Program-made: the position numbers and the translations under genes | Sequence record: OQ721909 | Origin: Escherichia phage vB_VIPECOOM01 | Reading direction: 5' to 3' (one strand) | Length of the DNA stretch: 64,000 nt | Notes under the pieces: generated by a model | Told to the model about the DNA's origin: nothing | Database searches by the model: none | Seen by the model: only the letters and a program-made list of their open reading frames with translations | Shown: piece by piece, positions 28,288-39,049 of the stretch | Layout of the letters: every line of letters starts with the position of its first letter | Numbering within the stretch: the first letter of the stretch is position 1

Positions 28288-28851
28288 TTACCATTCCAAT
28301 GCTAGTTTTTTGAGTTGTTTCTGTTCTTTTACGTTCTTAGTCACTTCTTTCAAAAAATCATCCGTGACTAAACCTTTTAGTTCCTTTAATACTAAAGGAA
28401 GTTTTCCATTTTTAGTAAGAATTGATTTATAGTTAATTGCATCATTTGTATTAACTTGATACCGCTTAGCAAGTAACTTAATAATCAATACTTCGGTAGA
28501 ATCTTCAACCAGTTTTGCCCATTTACCATATCTTTTACCCCGAGGAACAGCAGCCATCAGATAATTAAAATGGGCTTCATCGCTTAAACCTGATCCAATT
28601 AAATTCATAGCATATACAGCTGGCATGCACTCAGGAAATTGTGATAATGCATTCTCAACCATGTATTTTGAATAATCTTTTTGAGCAATAGAGCATTTAG
28701 TTTTATTATTGATAGCTCCAATTATTTCAAAAAATTCATTTTCAGCTTTTTCTTTAAAAGAATCTGCAGCAGATTGGACAGCTGTCCAATCTTTTGAATA
28801 CCAAGCAACTTGATGCTCGTTTAATTGAATATCATCTTCAAATAAGCTCAT
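28288..28851 (-). CDS. 62: clamp loader small subunit gp62
   Basis: 187 aa as T4 gp62. Confidence 0.85.
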   Translation of the reverse strand: MSLFEDDIQLNEHQVAWYSKDWTAVQSAADSFKEKAENEFFEIIGAINNKTKCSIAQKDYSKYMVENALSQFPECMPAVYAMNLIGSGLSDEAHFNYLMAAVPRGKRYGKWAKLVEDSTEVLIIKLLAKRYQVNTNDAINYKSILTKNGKLPLVLKELKGLVTDDFLKEVTKNVKEQKQLKKLALEW

Positions 28852-28852
28852 A

Positions 28853-29827
28853 TCACTTCCACTGCATTTCGCATGCCAATTGAATGAAAAGATATGCTAA
28901 ATGTAATTCCGTATTAGCCGCAATTCCATGATACTGGTTATTTTCACCAACAATTTCATACATACGAATAATACTTTGCGGAGTTACGCGTGTATAGATT
29001 TCTTCAGCAAGTTTACCTACGAACCACGAATAATCAGCTGCATATTTTGGTGCTAAAGCTCTGAGTTGTTTAACATCTTTATTTTTGAGAGACTCAAGAA
29101 CATCATCAATAGCACCACGATCGTTAGTAACCAGTGATAAAATACCAGCATCCAAAACACCTTTAGATGAATAACTATCGAGCTCACCAATAGTTTTACG
29201 AAAATCAGGAAAATTCTTTTTAACCAAAGCTGCTACAACTTTCATATCAGCTATAGCAATTCCTTCATGCTTGCAGATTTCAGTCAATCGACGAATCATC
29301 TGCTTCATCATTTCAATTTTATCTTCATCGGTCGGTTGACCGAACGTAATAACTCGGCAGCGTGACTGAAGCGGTTTAATAATACCATCAATATTGTTAG
29401 CAGTAATAATAATACTACAGTTTGAACTATAAGCTTCCATAAAGGAACGAAGATGTCGTTGAGACTCTGCTAACCCTGAACGGTCAAATTCATCAATAAC
29501 GATTACTTTTTGACGACCATCAAATGAAGCTGCACTAGCAAAATTAGTCAAAGGACCGCGAACGAAATCAATTTTACAATCTGACCCATTCACAAACATC
29601 ATATCAGCATTTACATCATGACACAATGCTTTTGCTACGGTTGTTTTACCTGTTCCTGGAGAAGGAGAATGAAGAATAATATGTGGAATCTTACCTTTAC
29701 TTGTAATAGATTTAAAGGTTTCTTTATCAAAGGCGGGAAGAATACATTCATCGATAGTAGATGGACGATATTTCTGTTCAAGAATGTGTTCTTTTTCATT
29801 TACAGTAATCATAATTTCCTCATTCAA
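28853..29827 (-). CDS. 44: clamp loader ATPase gp44
   Basis: AAA+ Walker [11 protein letters not shown]; 324 aa. Confidence 0.9.
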   Translation of the reverse strand: MNEEIMITVNEKEHILEQKYRPSTIDECILPAFDKETFKSITSKGKIPHIILHSPSPGTGKTTVAKALCHDVNADMMFVNGSDCKIDFVRGPLTNFASAASFDGRQKVIVIDEFDRSGLAESQRHLRSFMEAYSSNCSIIITANNIDGIIKPLQSRCRVITFGQPTDEDKIEMMKQMIRRLTEICKHEGIAIADMKVVAALVKKNFPDFRKTIGELDSYSSKGVLDAGILSLVTNDRGAIDDVLESLKNKDVKQLRALAPKYAADYSWFVGKLAEEIYTRVTPQSIIRMYEIVGENNQYHGIAANTELHLAYLFIQLACEMQWK

Positions 29828-29845
29828 GTTTTAGTGTAAATTATA

Positions 29846-29859
29846 AAGGGCCGAAGCCC
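29846..29859 (-). terminator. UUCG hairpin after gene 45
   Basis: GGGC-UUCG-GCCC motif between genes 45 and 44; coordinates approximate. Confidence 0.45.
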
Positions 29860-29863
29860 TTTA

Positions 29864-30550
29864 TTAAAAGTCGTGGGTAGAATCAGCTTCAAGAGCTACT
29901 ACATAATTCGCATGTTCACCTTCAAATTTAGCAGCACCTTGTTTACCTTTTGCCCAGAGCAGAAGTTTATAATTTCCTGGTTGCATTTTCATATTTGCCA
30001 TATTGATAATGAAATTAAATGTATTTTCACCATCATAATCACCAAGAGTCAAAGAATATTTAACACGGGTCAAAGCAGAATCTTCTACTTTATTAAAACC
30101 GTTAATTACGATTTTACCTTCTTTTACTGTGATAGCAATTGTATCAATCTGCAGACCACGAGATACACGCAACAGCTGTTGAAGGTCTTCAGCTTTAATT
30201 TCAGTAACAACAGATGCTACCGGGAATGGAATTGGTTTATTAGGAGCAACTACTGTACTCGGATCGGCTGCTGGCCAAAAAATTGTTGAACGAGCATCAG
30301 CAATTTTAATATTACCATCTTCTGACTGGGAAATTTCTGCATCATCATTAACTAGGGACAGAATACCGAGAAAACCGTTCAAATCGTAAATTGCTACATC
30401 AAAATCAATAGTGTCAGAAATATTTGCTTCTGCATAAGTTGTACCATTAACTGCGCGAGTCATAATAAATTGACCGGATTTAAGCATAATACCAGAGTTA
30501 ATAGTAGCGAAATTTTTAAGCAGAGCAGTAGTATCTTTAGACAGTTTCAT
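29864..30550 (-). CDS. 45: sliding clamp gp45
   Basis: 228 aa as T4 gp45; synteny. Confidence 0.9.
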   Translation of the reverse strand: MKLSKDTTALLKNFATINSGIMLKSGQFIMTRAVNGTTYAEANISDTIDFDVAIYDLNGFLGILSLVNDDAEISQSEDGNIKIADARSTIFWPAADPSTVVAPNKPIPFPVASVVTEIKAEDLQQLLRVSRGLQIDTIAITVKEGKIVINGFNKVEDSALTRVKYSLTLGDYDGENTFNFIINMANMKMQPGNYKLLLWAKGKQGAAKFEGEHANYVVALEADSTHDF

Positions 30551-30605
30551 GTAATTTCCTTCAATTCAAATGAGATTTAATTTTATAACTAATTTAATAA
30601 AGCAA

Positions 30606-30995
30606 TTAACGATTAAAATCAGCAGCAATTGTTTCCGCAACAATTTGAGCAGCAACAATTAGACGTTCATCTGCATTACCACAATAACCATCTTCAAGGC
30701 GTTCACCGCATGAAGTCATAATAAATTTAGCACCAGCATTTAGAGATTCTGCCGTATGTTTGCGCATCAGTTCAATCCATTTATCACTCACTTCACGATC
30801 GATAGCTTCATAATACGCATGACGAGCAGGTGCAGATTTAATTTTGCTTTGAATAACTTCCATTGCGTTATCAGAAAGAGACAAAACCCATGCTCGACGA
30901 ATTTTATTTTGGTTTTGTGGATTTGATTCAGAACGCACGTGTTTTGGCTGAATATCTTTTACATCAACAGTATAATTCACAGTAATTTTAGTCAT
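30606..30995 (-). CDS. rpbA: RNA polymerase-binding protein RpbA
   Basis: 129 aa as T4 RpbA; position. Confidence 0.65.
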   Translation of the reverse strand: MTKITVNYTVDVKDIQPKHVRSESNPQNQNKIRRAWVLSLSDNAMEVIQSKIKSAPARHAYYEAIDREVSDKWIELMRKHTAESLNAGAKFIMTSCGERLEDGYCGNADERLIVAAQIVAETIAADFNR

Positions 30996-31004
30996 AATAC
31001 ACCT

Positions 31005-31193
31005 TTAGTCATAATAATCAGTAACAGTCCAAGCTTCATTTCTGTTGGACATTATTTTCGTATATTCTGATTTAAATGCATTCTTAAGCATAGATTCAGT
31101 AACTATATGCTCTTCATTAGAAAAATTATTTCTCAGAATATATCGTTTTATTTCAGGAATAGTTAATAGATGCTGTCCAGTTGAATATTCCAT
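31005..31193 (-). CDS. hypothetical small protein
   Basis: 62-aa ORF. Confidence 0.4.
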   Translation of the reverse strand: MEYSTGQHLLTIPEIKRYILRNNFSNEEHIVTESMLKNAFKSEYTKIMSNRNEAWTVTDYYD

Positions 31194-31248
31194 GTTTTTC
31201 CTCCATAGAGATTATACTCTAATAAATTAAAGCATAATCTCTTATAAA

Positions 31249-32931
31249 TTAAACCATTACAGTAAATCGACCAACTTTCTTCATTTGAAGATGCTGACCA
31301 TATTCTTGCGGGTCATGGTCTTTATGCGAAATTATAAAAACATTAGTATTTTTCATTGAATTTATAATATTAGCTACGCCTTTGATACCTTCGGCATCAA
31401 ATGACCCATCAAACACTTCATCAAGAATTAATGTACTAATACTAACACCAGATACGATAGAAGCAATATCACGCCAAGTAAATAAAAGAGCAATATCGAT
31501 TCGTGCTTTTTCACCTTCACTAAATGAAGCATAACTAAAATCTTCACGACCACGGGATTTAATTGTCTCATTAAATTCTTCATCTAATGTAAACACATAA
31601 TCCGCTTCCATTATTTTAAGATAATGGTTAATGTGCTTATTAAATAATGGAATGTACTTTTTAATAATAGCACCTTTAATACCAGAATCTTTGAGCATGT
31701 CAGTCAAAATTCCTCTGTGGTATTTTTCCATTACTAAATTAGTTTTTGTCTTAACAATTTTATCAAGTTCTTCTTGAAGCAGTGCTATTTCATCAGCATG
31801 GTCAATAAACTCAGATGATGCTTTTTCTATAGCCGCTTTAACTTTTTTAGCTTTATCTACCGTCGTGATTAAGGATTGCTTTTTATTGCGAATATCATTT
31901 GCCAACGTCTGCTGGGTTTTAATATTATCTCGGTATTCATCAACAAGAACTTTTAAATTATCACGATGCGTTGAAAGCTGTTCAAATGAATGCGTACATT
32001 CAGAAACTTTATCTTTAATTTTAGAAACAACTTTATCACCGGAACTTAATTGTGACAAACAGGTTGGACATAATCCACCTTCGTGATACATATTAATGAC
32101 TTTATTATACGAGTCAATTTTTGATTTAATTAAAAATGCTTCTTGACCGATTTTATTAAATGCATCAGTCGGGTCTTCATCCAAAACAATATTAACTAAT
32201 CTTTCATTAGCTTCTTCTATTTCCGATTTTAGCGTTCTAGCTTCTTTTGCCAAATCATCGTACATATTCTGCAGACGAGTAAGGTTATCACCAGACAATT
32301 TTTTCTGGCGTTCAACATTATCATTATATATTTTAATTTGTTGGATAATACTATCTTTTTTAACATCAAGCACTTGGTTTTGTGAATTTAATTCACGTAT
32401 TAGTGCTTTATTAAGCTTATCCATTTCAGCTAATGTTCCTACCTCGAGCAGGTCTTCGACGAGTTTTCTTCTTGCAGGAGTGGATAGGCCCATAAAAGGG
32501 GTATATCCAGCCGTGCCGAGTACGACAATCTGTTTGAAACTGGCATATGACATTCCGATAAGCTGTTCAAATTCTGCTTGGAAATCTTTACTGCTGGCAG
32601 ATTCATTAAGACGTGTACCGTTAACGGTGATTTCGAAAACGTTCGGTTTTTGTCCTCTTTTGATATAGTACTTTTTCTCATCATATTCCATCCACAGTTC
32701 AACTAAAAGTTCTTTCTTATTTGTGCTGTTTATTAATTGACCTTTTTTTACATCACGGAATGGCTTGCCAAAAAGCCCAAATGTGATGGCTTCTAACATA
32801 GTAGACTTACCACCGCCATTTCGTCCAGTAATAAGAGTTTTTTGAACCTTATCTAATTGAATGTCAATAGGATTTCCACCTACTGACATTATATTTTGAT
32901 ACCTAACTCGGTTTAGTTTAAAATTCTTCAC
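31249..32931 (-). CDS. 46: recombination nuclease subunit gp46 (Rad50/SbcC-like ATPase)
   Basis: 560 aa as T4 gp46; Walker A GRNGGGKST; CxxC hook. Confidence 0.9.
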   Translation of the reverse strand: MKNFKLNRVRYQNIMSVGGNPIDIQLDKVQKTLITGRNGGGKSTMLEAITFGLFGKPFRDVKKGQLINSTNKKELLVELWMEYDEKKYYIKRGQKPNVFEITVNGTRLNESASSKDFQAEFEQLIGMSYASFKQIVVLGTAGYTPFMGLSTPARRKLVEDLLEVGTLAEMDKLNKALIRELNSQNQVLDVKKDSIIQQIKIYNDNVERQKKLSGDNLTRLQNMYDDLAKEARTLKSEIEEANERLVNIVLDEDPTDAFNKIGQEAFLIKSKIDSYNKVINMYHEGGLCPTCLSQLSSGDKVVSKIKDKVSECTHSFEQLSTHRDNLKVLVDEYRDNIKTQQTLANDIRNKKQSLITTVDKAKKVKAAIEKASSEFIDHADEIALLQEELDKIVKTKTNLVMEKYHRGILTDMLKDSGIKGAIIKKYIPLFNKHINHYLKIMEADYVFTLDEEFNETIKSRGREDFSYASFSEGEKARIDIALLFTWRDIASIVSGVSISTLILDEVFDGSFDAEGIKGVANIINSMKNTNVFIISHKDHDPQEYGQHLQMKKVGRFTVMV

Positions 32932-33191
32932 AAAAGATTCCTTTTAATGTATCTTTTAGACCATTCTATCATATCATCATAATCTAAAAAGTATTCATCA
33001 AATTCAGCCATGCAAACAACACCTTGTGCTGCTTTTGATGTGATATAAATTATTCCAACATATCTAGAATCTTCTTCGGTGTAATCAATATTTGCTATGA
33101 ATTCATCGTTAATGTCAAATGTCGAAAACTTCACAGTATGCATCCTTAATACAAGATACAGCCATATCTTGTAATGATTTAGGTGTGTCAT
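32928..33191 (-). CDS. hypothetical small protein
   Basis: 87-aa ORF. Confidence 0.4.
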   Translation of the reverse strand: MTHLNHYKIWLYLVLRMHTVKFSTFDINDEFIANIDYTEEDSRYVGIIYITSKAAQGVVCMAEFDEYFLDYDDMIEWSKRYIKRNLL

Positions 33192-33378
33192 TATCTAAAA
33201 TGTTGAAGTTAAAAGATACAGCCCAGTCAGTGCAGACCGTGACCTTTTTAATACAATTATCTTCAACCTCTAGTGGTTCAAACCAGTATTCAATAATTTC
33301 TTTATGCCCAATATCATCTTTTACTTCGCATTCAAAATGCTGACACATTATAACATTTTTAAATTCATCAAAAGTCAT
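33115..33378 (-). CDS. hypothetical small protein
   Basis: 87-aa ORF; overlaps previous. Confidence 0.4.
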   Translation of the reverse strand: MTFDEFKNVIMCQHFECEVKDDIGHKEIIEYWFEPLEVEDNCIKKVTVCTDWAVSFNFNILDNDTPKSLQDMAVSCIKDAYCEVFDI

Positions 33379-34394
33379 TGTGTTGCCTCTACATATAACT
33401 GATTTGCATATTGAATAAGTGCTTCGCGATCAGAATCAGTGATGTCTGGAATTGCATTAATGTATTCTTCCATCAACGTCTGAAGAGATTGAACTTCAAC
33501 TTCTTCATTATCATCTGACTCGACAGAGTTATCAATCTTTGACACAACTCGTAATGAATGCACAACTTTTTCTAGTTCAGATTCGAACTTTGTCAGATTT
33601 TTGTCTACCTCAGTTACTATAACACGTACTGATAGATTTGTAAAATCTTTATAGTCAATTTTTCCCTTAAATGGGTATTGAATTCGACGATGCCAGGTAG
33701 TGTTGTTTGGAATAAATTCCATTCGTTCTGTTTCTGTATCAAACATCCAGAACCCGCGAGGGTCATTCTCGTCACCTGCAGTTAGTGTCCATGGTGTCCC
33801 AATATATCTGACGTTAGCAGCCTCAGAGATAGTATGGAAGTGACCAGACCACACCTCTTTATAAGTCTTAAGGAAATCAGGTTCAAGACCATGAGATTTC
33901 ATTCCTTTATAAAAATAAAATCCATTCAGCTCCCAGTGACCGACACAAAAAGAAGCAGATGAAGTTTTGATATGTTCAAGAATTTCGCCAGTATTTTCTT
34001 CACACATCCAAGGAATTAAATCAATCAAACATCCGTCAAAATCTACTGTAGTAGGCTTATCATATACTTTAACATTAGGATATTTAGCCAAAAGCTCAGT
34101 AGAAGCATTTGGAGTTAAAGTATTTTTAAAGTGCATATCATGGTTTCCTACAACGGTATGTAGTGTAATACCAGCATCATCAAGCATCTGAACTATTTCA
34201 CGAGCGAACTCCATAGTTTTATGCGTGATTGCTTTTCGCACATCAAAAATATCGCCGTATTGAATCCATGTAGTAATTCCATTTTTCTTAGAATATTCTA
34301 TTGCTTGTTTAATTCCATCCAGTTGAATGGATTGAACCCACTCATCATCGGCTTTAACGCCTAAATGCCAATCACCTAAATTTAAAATTTTCAT
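33375..34394 (-). CDS. 47: recombination nuclease subunit gp47 (Mre11/SbcD-like)
   Basis: 339 aa as T4 gp47; phosphoesterase motifs (GDWH, GNHD). Confidence 0.9.
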   Translation of the reverse strand: MKILNLGDWHLGVKADDEWVQSIQLDGIKQAIEYSKKNGITTWIQYGDIFDVRKAITHKTMEFAREIVQMLDDAGITLHTVVGNHDMHFKNTLTPNASTELLAKYPNVKVYDKPTTVDFDGCLIDLIPWMCEENTGEILEHIKTSSASFCVGHWELNGFYFYKGMKSHGLEPDFLKTYKEVWSGHFHTISEAANVRYIGTPWTLTAGDENDPRGFWMFDTETERMEFIPNNTTWHRRIQYPFKGKIDYKDFTNLSVRVIVTEVDKNLTKFESELEKVVHSLRVVSKIDNSVESDDNEEVEVQSLQTLMEEYINAIPDITDSDREALIQYANQLYVEATQ

Positions 34395-34531
34395 ATATCA
34401 AGAACCGTCATTGAAATGCAAAATAAAATTATTGAAATAAATCCATCTGGAGTGCTAAAGAATCCAATCCAACATGCTCTCGTGAATAGATAAAACGCTA
34501 GAAAAAGTATCACATATCCAAGAAATATCAT
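34391..34531 (-). CDS. small hydrophobic peptide (46 aa), missing from the ORF track
   Basis: Hand translation MIFLGYVILFLAFYLFTRACWIGFFSTPDGFISIILFCISMTVLDI; ATGA overlap with gene 47 start; its ATG lies in the middle-promoter -10. Confidence 0.3.
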   Translation of the reverse strand: MIFLGYVILFLAFYLFTRACWIGFFSTPDGFISIILFCISMTVLDI

Positions 34532-34555
34532 TATATCAAACTCCGTATAAAGCTA
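34530..34555 (-). promoter_or_regulatory. MotA-dependent middle promoter for genes 47/46
   Basis: MotA box TAGCTTTA, 12-nt spacer, -10 TATAAT. Confidence 0.55.
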
Positions 34556-34557
34556 AA

Positions 34558-34569
34558 GGGCCGAAGCCC
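34558..34569 (-). terminator. UUCG hairpin after alpha-gt
   Basis: GGGC-UUCG-GCCC directly after the alpha-gt stop. Confidence 0.55.
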
Positions 34570-34570
34570 T

Positions 34571-35773
34571 TTATTTTGTAATAATGTCAAACTGTTCTTT
34601 AAAGCAGAAGCTTGAATCTTGATGCTGATACAAAAATTCATAAGCTTTTTCACGTTCACGGTCATAAAGAGCTCGGTCAGATGACAGTTCTTTAATACGT
34701 TCAAATGTTGATTCCATGTCATTTTCATCAAACCAAACGATACCGCTATCATGAGAAATTAATGGAGTATTATCAACACGGAATTTTAAATTTTCGCCAG
34801 TAGATTTCCAAAATACCGGAATTGTTCCACATGCACCAAGCTCGAGATGAGTATATTCTAAAGAACGCTGTAGATATTTTTTGTCCAACTTACTCAGCTG
34901 ATAACCAAATCCTGATTTACTCATGCGTTCAAGCATTTCGCTATTTACATAACGATCAAGAATTTGCGTTGGCAAATTAGGAGCAATTTTAATTTGGTCT
35001 ACTTGATGAAGACGATAATACTCGTATGGAATTCCTTTTTCTTTAATAGGAATGAACGCTGGAGAACGTTCCAGACCTTCCATAATAGTACTTAGTCCTG
35101 CAGGTTTAAGATGTTTTTCGTGAAAATCAAACATCTGATAAAAGCCTTTCCATGTAGTAGTACGACCAATCCAACGGTTGATATTCATGTTAATTTCAGA
35201 AACATCTTTCCAGTAAGTTGATCGAACCTTCGCAATATCCATAGGAGGCTGAAAGTTATATACGGTCGGTGCTTCTTCAATATCATCAAACAGAGAAACT
35301 GTTTCTGGATACCATTCTTTCATCAAAACTTTATTAAAGTCACCATTATCAGAATGGCTAAAAATAACATCAGCTCGACGAACAGTTTCTTCTAATCCCA
35401 AATTTCGGCGCAAAGAAAGAGAAGAATGGTCATGCTGATAAACTACAACACGAACCGAAGGTTTAATGTTATCAATAATTTTTTTATAGTTATTAATGGT
35501 GTCTTCTTCTACTGAAGTAGCAGGAACTGAATTGATAATTAGAATATCACAATCATTTACCAACTTAAGTGTTTTATCGTATTCTTTTGCCAATAAAACC
35601 GGAATTGAAAATGATTTATAATCATGCGCGCAATTACGGGTAAATGATTTATCTTTAGCATAAACCAAAGTTACTTCATGACCATTTTTAATAAACCAAT
35701 CACGCTGCTCAAGAGAAAATTTAGTTACACCGCAACCTTCAAGACCTCGAGCCATAAAAATACATACTTTCAT
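34571..35773 (-). CDS. a-gt: DNA alpha-glucosyltransferase
   Basis: 400 aa, near-identical by recall to T4 alpha-gt N-terminus (CIFMARGLEGCGVTKF). Confidence 0.9.
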   Translation of the reverse strand: MKVCIFMARGLEGCGVTKFSLEQRDWFIKNGHEVTLVYAKDKSFTRNCAHDYKSFSIPVLLAKEYDKTLKLVNDCDILIINSVPATSVEEDTINNYKKIIDNIKPSVRVVVYQHDHSSLSLRRNLGLEETVRRADVIFSHSDNGDFNKVLMKEWYPETVSLFDDIEEAPTVYNFQPPMDIAKVRSTYWKDVSEINMNINRWIGRTTTWKGFYQMFDFHEKHLKPAGLSTIMEGLERSPAFIPIKEKGIPYEYYRLHQVDQIKIAPNLPTQILDRYVNSEMLERMSKSGFGYQLSKLDKKYLQRSLEYTHLELGACGTIPVFWKSTGENLKFRVDNTPLISHDSGIVWFDENDMESTFERIKELSSDRALYDREREKAYEFLYQHQDSSFCFKEQFDIITK

Positions 35774-35797
35774 TTAATATCCTCATTGTTTTGGTTT

Positions 35798-35822
35798 ATT
35801 TTACCAAAAATTTATAAAGCAA
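35798..35822 (-). promoter_or_regulatory. MotA-dependent middle promoter for alpha-gt
   Basis: MotA box TTGCTTTA, 11-nt spacer, -10 TAAAAT. Confidence 0.5.
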
Positions 35823-35825
35823 TAT

Positions 35826-35841
35826 AGGAGCCTCGGCTCCT
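35826..35841 (-). terminator. hairpin upstream of the alpha-gt promoter
   Basis: Inverted repeat AGGAGCC/GGCTCCT. Confidence 0.45.
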
Positions 35842-36016
35842 ATCCGCATAATACGCCATACAGAGGCTCATTAGAGCTTCTAAATTTTATGCGCTTATAT
35901 GTTATAGTTCCTTCTGCTTTAGCTTTATCATGAGACGCTTTAAAGAGTCTCATCATTTCTACTTTAGAGGAACGAATTTTATTATAATCTGTTTCAGAAG
36001 TCTGGGTGTTCATCTT

Positions 36017-36223
36017 TCACAGTTGCCACCATTTTTTGACTTGATAAGAATCAACCCACACTTTCATATTAGGGTCTGCTCTTACAATAGGAGGATTAAC
36101 TTCTTTAATTGAACTATCATGGTATTCTTTTTCAGAAATTTTCACACAAAGATGACCATTCAAAGATTCAGTAAATCCTGCATTAATTTTAAGACGCTTG
36201 AATTTTACGCGTGTAAGCATCAA
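36017..36223 (-). CDS. hypothetical small protein
   Basis: 68-aa ORF. Confidence 0.35.
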   Translation of the reverse strand: MMLTRVKFKRLKINAGFTESLNGHLCVKISEKEYHDSSIKEVNPPIVRADPNMKVWVDSYQVKKWWQL

Positions 36224-36506
36224 TCATATCCTCAATCTGCGATCTAGTAGTCTTCCAAAGAATATTAATAAGTTCATCGTTATATGGCTGTTTTAGAATA
36301 TCCCGACTTTTCTTGATAGCATATTCGTATTGAGCAAAATTATTGTTTTCAGCTGCAATCTGAGCGTGCTTGTAAAGACGGTTCAGTTCGCGTTTGTTTT
36401 TAGACAATAACTTATTTGCTTTTCTTTCTGCTTCAAGACGGTTCTTTTCTTCAATAGAAGAAATAAGCTTTTCCACTTCATCATTAATTTCGGGTTTATC
36501 AGTCAT
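36189..36506 (-). CDS. hypothetical protein
   Basis: 105-aa ORF. Confidence 0.4.
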   Translation of the reverse strand: MTDKPEINDEVEKLISSIEEKNRLEAERKANKLLSKNKRELNRLYKHAQIAAENNNFAQYEYAIKKSRDILKQPYNDELINILWKTTRSQIEDMIDAYTRKIQAS

Positions 36507-36507
36507 A

Positions 36508-36726
36508 TTATTTCTCTAATATAAAATAAAAATCATCATCTGTTAAATGATACCGATAGTTTAATTCTACACCATTAGATTTAAAAGCGGTATCATACGG
36601 ATTTTCTGGATCAATATCAATGTCAAGAGCTAAAACTTCCCTGAGATACATTTTAAGTAAATAGGGAATAGCTTCAACTTCAGGTATTTCTTCCAAGAAT
36701 CCGGAGAGGTTAATCGTTAGCCTCAT
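36508..36726 (-). CDS. hypothetical small protein
   Basis: 72-aa ORF. Confidence 0.4.
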
Positions 36727-37273
36727 ATAAAAAATCCAAACTAGGAGAATCGTCTACAACACTTTTCTTTTCAGCCCCTGGTGTTCTATAGGTTGATTCT
36801 TCGTAATGCGTCATTTTATCGTAGATGTCTTGAATAAAAGTTTCATCTACTAACGCAACCATATCGTCGTCACGACTGTCATAGACATTGTGAACGAAGT
36901 AACTGTATTTCTTTGCAACTTCCTTACGTTCTTTTTTAATACGTTGGACGAATGCATTAAAACAAGCTTGAGTTATATATGCATGTGGGTTTTTATATTT
37001 CGTTTCATCAAAATTATGAAGCCCCTTAATAGAAGCTTCTATACCATCTGCAATCATTTCTTGTTTCCAGGATTGGGTGTATCCTGAAAAGTTGAAACGT
37101 TTAGATAAGCCTTCTGCAATAAGCATAATGGCTAATCCGATAGTATCATTCTGACGAACTACTTTATTTGGGTCTTTATTATTTGCTAATTCTGTTTTCC
37201 AATCAATAATAGCTTGTAAAAGCTCTTTATTGTTTACGTAATTATATTTAGGCTTAGTTTCTGACATTTTCAC
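36710..37273 (-). CDS. 55: late-transcription sigma factor gp55
   Basis: 187 aa vs 185 aa in T4; position upstream of alpha-gt. Confidence 0.85.
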
Positions 37274-37347
37274 CTCTTAGCTCAATTCATAGATCTATTA
37301 TATCATAATATTTGAAGATCTATCTTAAAGCATAGAGGATGAATCAG

Positions 37348-37617
37348 TTATCTAAGTAAACAGTATGCTTGGAATACTTTCTCCATCATCTTTTTAAATT
37401 CATGAATATCTATATAATGACTGGTTAAATCAGCATGATATAAAAAGTCTAAAAACTTTTCATGTGTGCTAACATATTCACTTTCATTTAATTCAGAAAC
37501 ATGGCTTTCCCAATATCCAACACCAGTCTTATTTGGGAAAAATGAAATTTTCATATATTGGTCAACATAGAAAATTCCATAATTTTCAATAGTAATAGAA
37601 ATATTAATAAATTTCAT
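37348..37617 (-). CDS. hypothetical protein
   Basis: 89-aa ORF. Confidence 0.4.
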   Translation of the reverse strand: MKFINISITIENYGIFYVDQYMKISFFPNKTGVGYWESHVSELNESEYVSTHEKFLDFLYHADLTSHYIDIHEFKKMMEKVFQAYCLLR

Positions 37618-37829
37618 ACATTCATCAACTTAGCCGCTTCAAGAGCTGCATCTAGTGAATCAAATTGGTCAACATATTCAATCAATTCGCCGTAATTGGC
37701 ATATAACCACCATTGGCTAAATTCATACTCAAGGATGAATCCGTTTCCTTCAATTTGAGTTAAACCAATGCCATTTGTATTTACTTCATATCCAGCAAGA
37801 CGCAAATCGTTAATAAGAGCTTCGTTCAT
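37614..37829 (-). CDS. hypothetical small protein
   Basis: 71-aa ORF, overlapping stop/start. Confidence 0.4.
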   Translation of the reverse strand: MNEALINDLRLAGYEVNTNGIGLTQIEGNGFILEYEFSQWWLYANYGELIEYVDQFDSLDAALEAAKLMNV

Positions 37830-37831
37830 AA

Positions 37832-38158
37832 TTATGCCTTAGTAATTTTCAGGTCAGCAAATTTTTTCTTGCGTTGATTTTTCATACGACGAATAGTTTT
37901 ATCAGAAATTTCATGTTTTTGATAAGCTTTAGATTCTACACCAAAAGCTTTAACATCAAATTCTGACAAAATATATTGAACCAACAATTCACGGACAGTA
38001 TTGCGTCCAATTTTCTGATCATTCTGTTTCATCGTCTGATGAAGCTCTTTTTCCCATTTATCCAAAATTTGAGGAGTTACAATATCGCCTTTTTCTAGCA
38101 AAGAAACTACTTTATCATATGCATAAGAATTGATGGCGTTTTTAATTTGAATAGTCAT
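37832..38158 (-). CDS. hypothetical protein
   Basis: 108-aa ORF. Confidence 0.4.
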   Translation of the reverse strand: MTIQIKNAINSYAYDKVVSLLEKGDIVTPQILDKWEKELHQTMKQNDQKIGRNTVRELLVQYILSEFDVKAFGVESKAYQKHEISDKTIRRMKNQRKKKFADLKITKA

Positions 38159-38210
38159 ACATTATCCTCAATTACGTTAAAATTTTATTATCCAAAAAGG
38201 GCCGAAGCCC

Positions 38211-38411
38211 TTAGCTAAACTGTTTGGCGCCCTTCCAGCCTTCGTACATCATTGCAGCTGATATTAATATTGCTCCTGCGCATTTTGAATATTTGTGATT
38301 CCAAAACCAGTTCAGAAAAACTTCGTCATCAATACCTTGGGCTATCATATTTTCAAAGAACTGACGACGAGCTTCGGCAATTCGTTGTGATAATTTAGAT
38401 TCAGGATTCAT
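38211..38411 (-). CDS. hypothetical small protein
   Basis: 66 aa; UUCG hairpin overlaps stop. Confidence 0.4.
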   Translation of the reverse strand: MNPESKLSQRIAEARRQFFENMIAQGIDDEVFLNWFWNHKYSKCAGAILISAAMMYEGWKGAKQFS

Positions 38412-38627
38412 TTAAATTTTCCAGTTACCGTTTTCATCAATAAATTTAATCCAGTCATTTACTGACCACTTAGTCGTATCGCCTTTTGGAGCAACATTTA
38501 AAGTGTATAATCCTTGTTTAAAAAGCATGCGTTTGATATTCATATTTTCCTCAGCTATAACGATAGCACTCGTTTGATTTACGCTTAGCAACTCGTTGAG
38601 AAGTATTGTAATCAAAATCATCGTCAA
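38412..38627 (-). CDS. hypothetical small protein
   Basis: ORF overlaps the next; true start probably internal. Confidence 0.3.
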   Translation of the reverse strand: MTMILITILLNELLSVNQTSAIVIAEENMNIKRMLFKQGLYTLNVAPKGDTTKWSVNDWIKFIDENGNWKI

Positions 38628-38889
38628 TGTAAACTGATTTTTTCAACTTTCTTACTTCACCACGTAATTGACGATTTAGCTCATCTTTAACTTCTGAATC
38701 AATACCTTTCATTCTACGCCATTTATCTGAGCGAAAAATGTTTTCAACCATATCTTTATGACTTACACCATCAGGAGCTTTACGCTTTCCGAAATAGTCA
38801 TAATCACGAACTTTCAAGTCTTTACGACGATACGTTTTACCCATGGAGTTTAATTTCCTTAGCAACTGAACTAAATACAGCACGATCAC
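38551..38889 (-). CDS. hypothetical basic protein
   Basis: Lys/Arg-rich; start probably internal. Confidence 0.35.
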   Translation of the reverse strand: MIVLYLVQLLRKLNSMGKTYRRKDLKVRDYDYFGKRKAPDGVSHKDMVENIFRSDKWRRMKGIDSEVKDELNRQLRGEVRKLKKSVYIDDDFDYNTSQRVAKRKSNECYRYS

Positions 38890-39043
38890 AAATCATCTGT
38901 TTATGTAACTTGAGTATAAGATAATAAACTTCAAAACCGTTTACATAAGTAACGCGAACAACATTACCATTAATAAAATAATATTGTCCCTTTTTAATTT
39001 CTTTATCAACCACAACCATATCAATTCCTCGAAGGCAATTCAT
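38837..39043 (-). CDS. hypothetical small protein
   Basis: 68 aa; early promoter upstream. Confidence 0.4.
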   Translation of the reverse strand: MNCLRGIDMVVVDKEIKKGQYYFINGNVVRVTYVNGFEVYYLILKLHKQMICDRAVFSSVAKEIKLHG

Positions 39044-39049
39044 ATGTTA

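Noticed and set aside
34531-34752. Minus-strand ORFs in alternative frames inside larger genes (34531..34752 in alpha-gt; also 24937..25122 and 26143..26334 in gene 43, 32439..32702 in gene 46, 49571..49807, 52441..52635, 57976..58161, 61848..62063, 14503..14715, 22662..22856, 23153..23356)
   Set aside because: Fully nested in a different frame of a confidently assigned gene; no independent signal.
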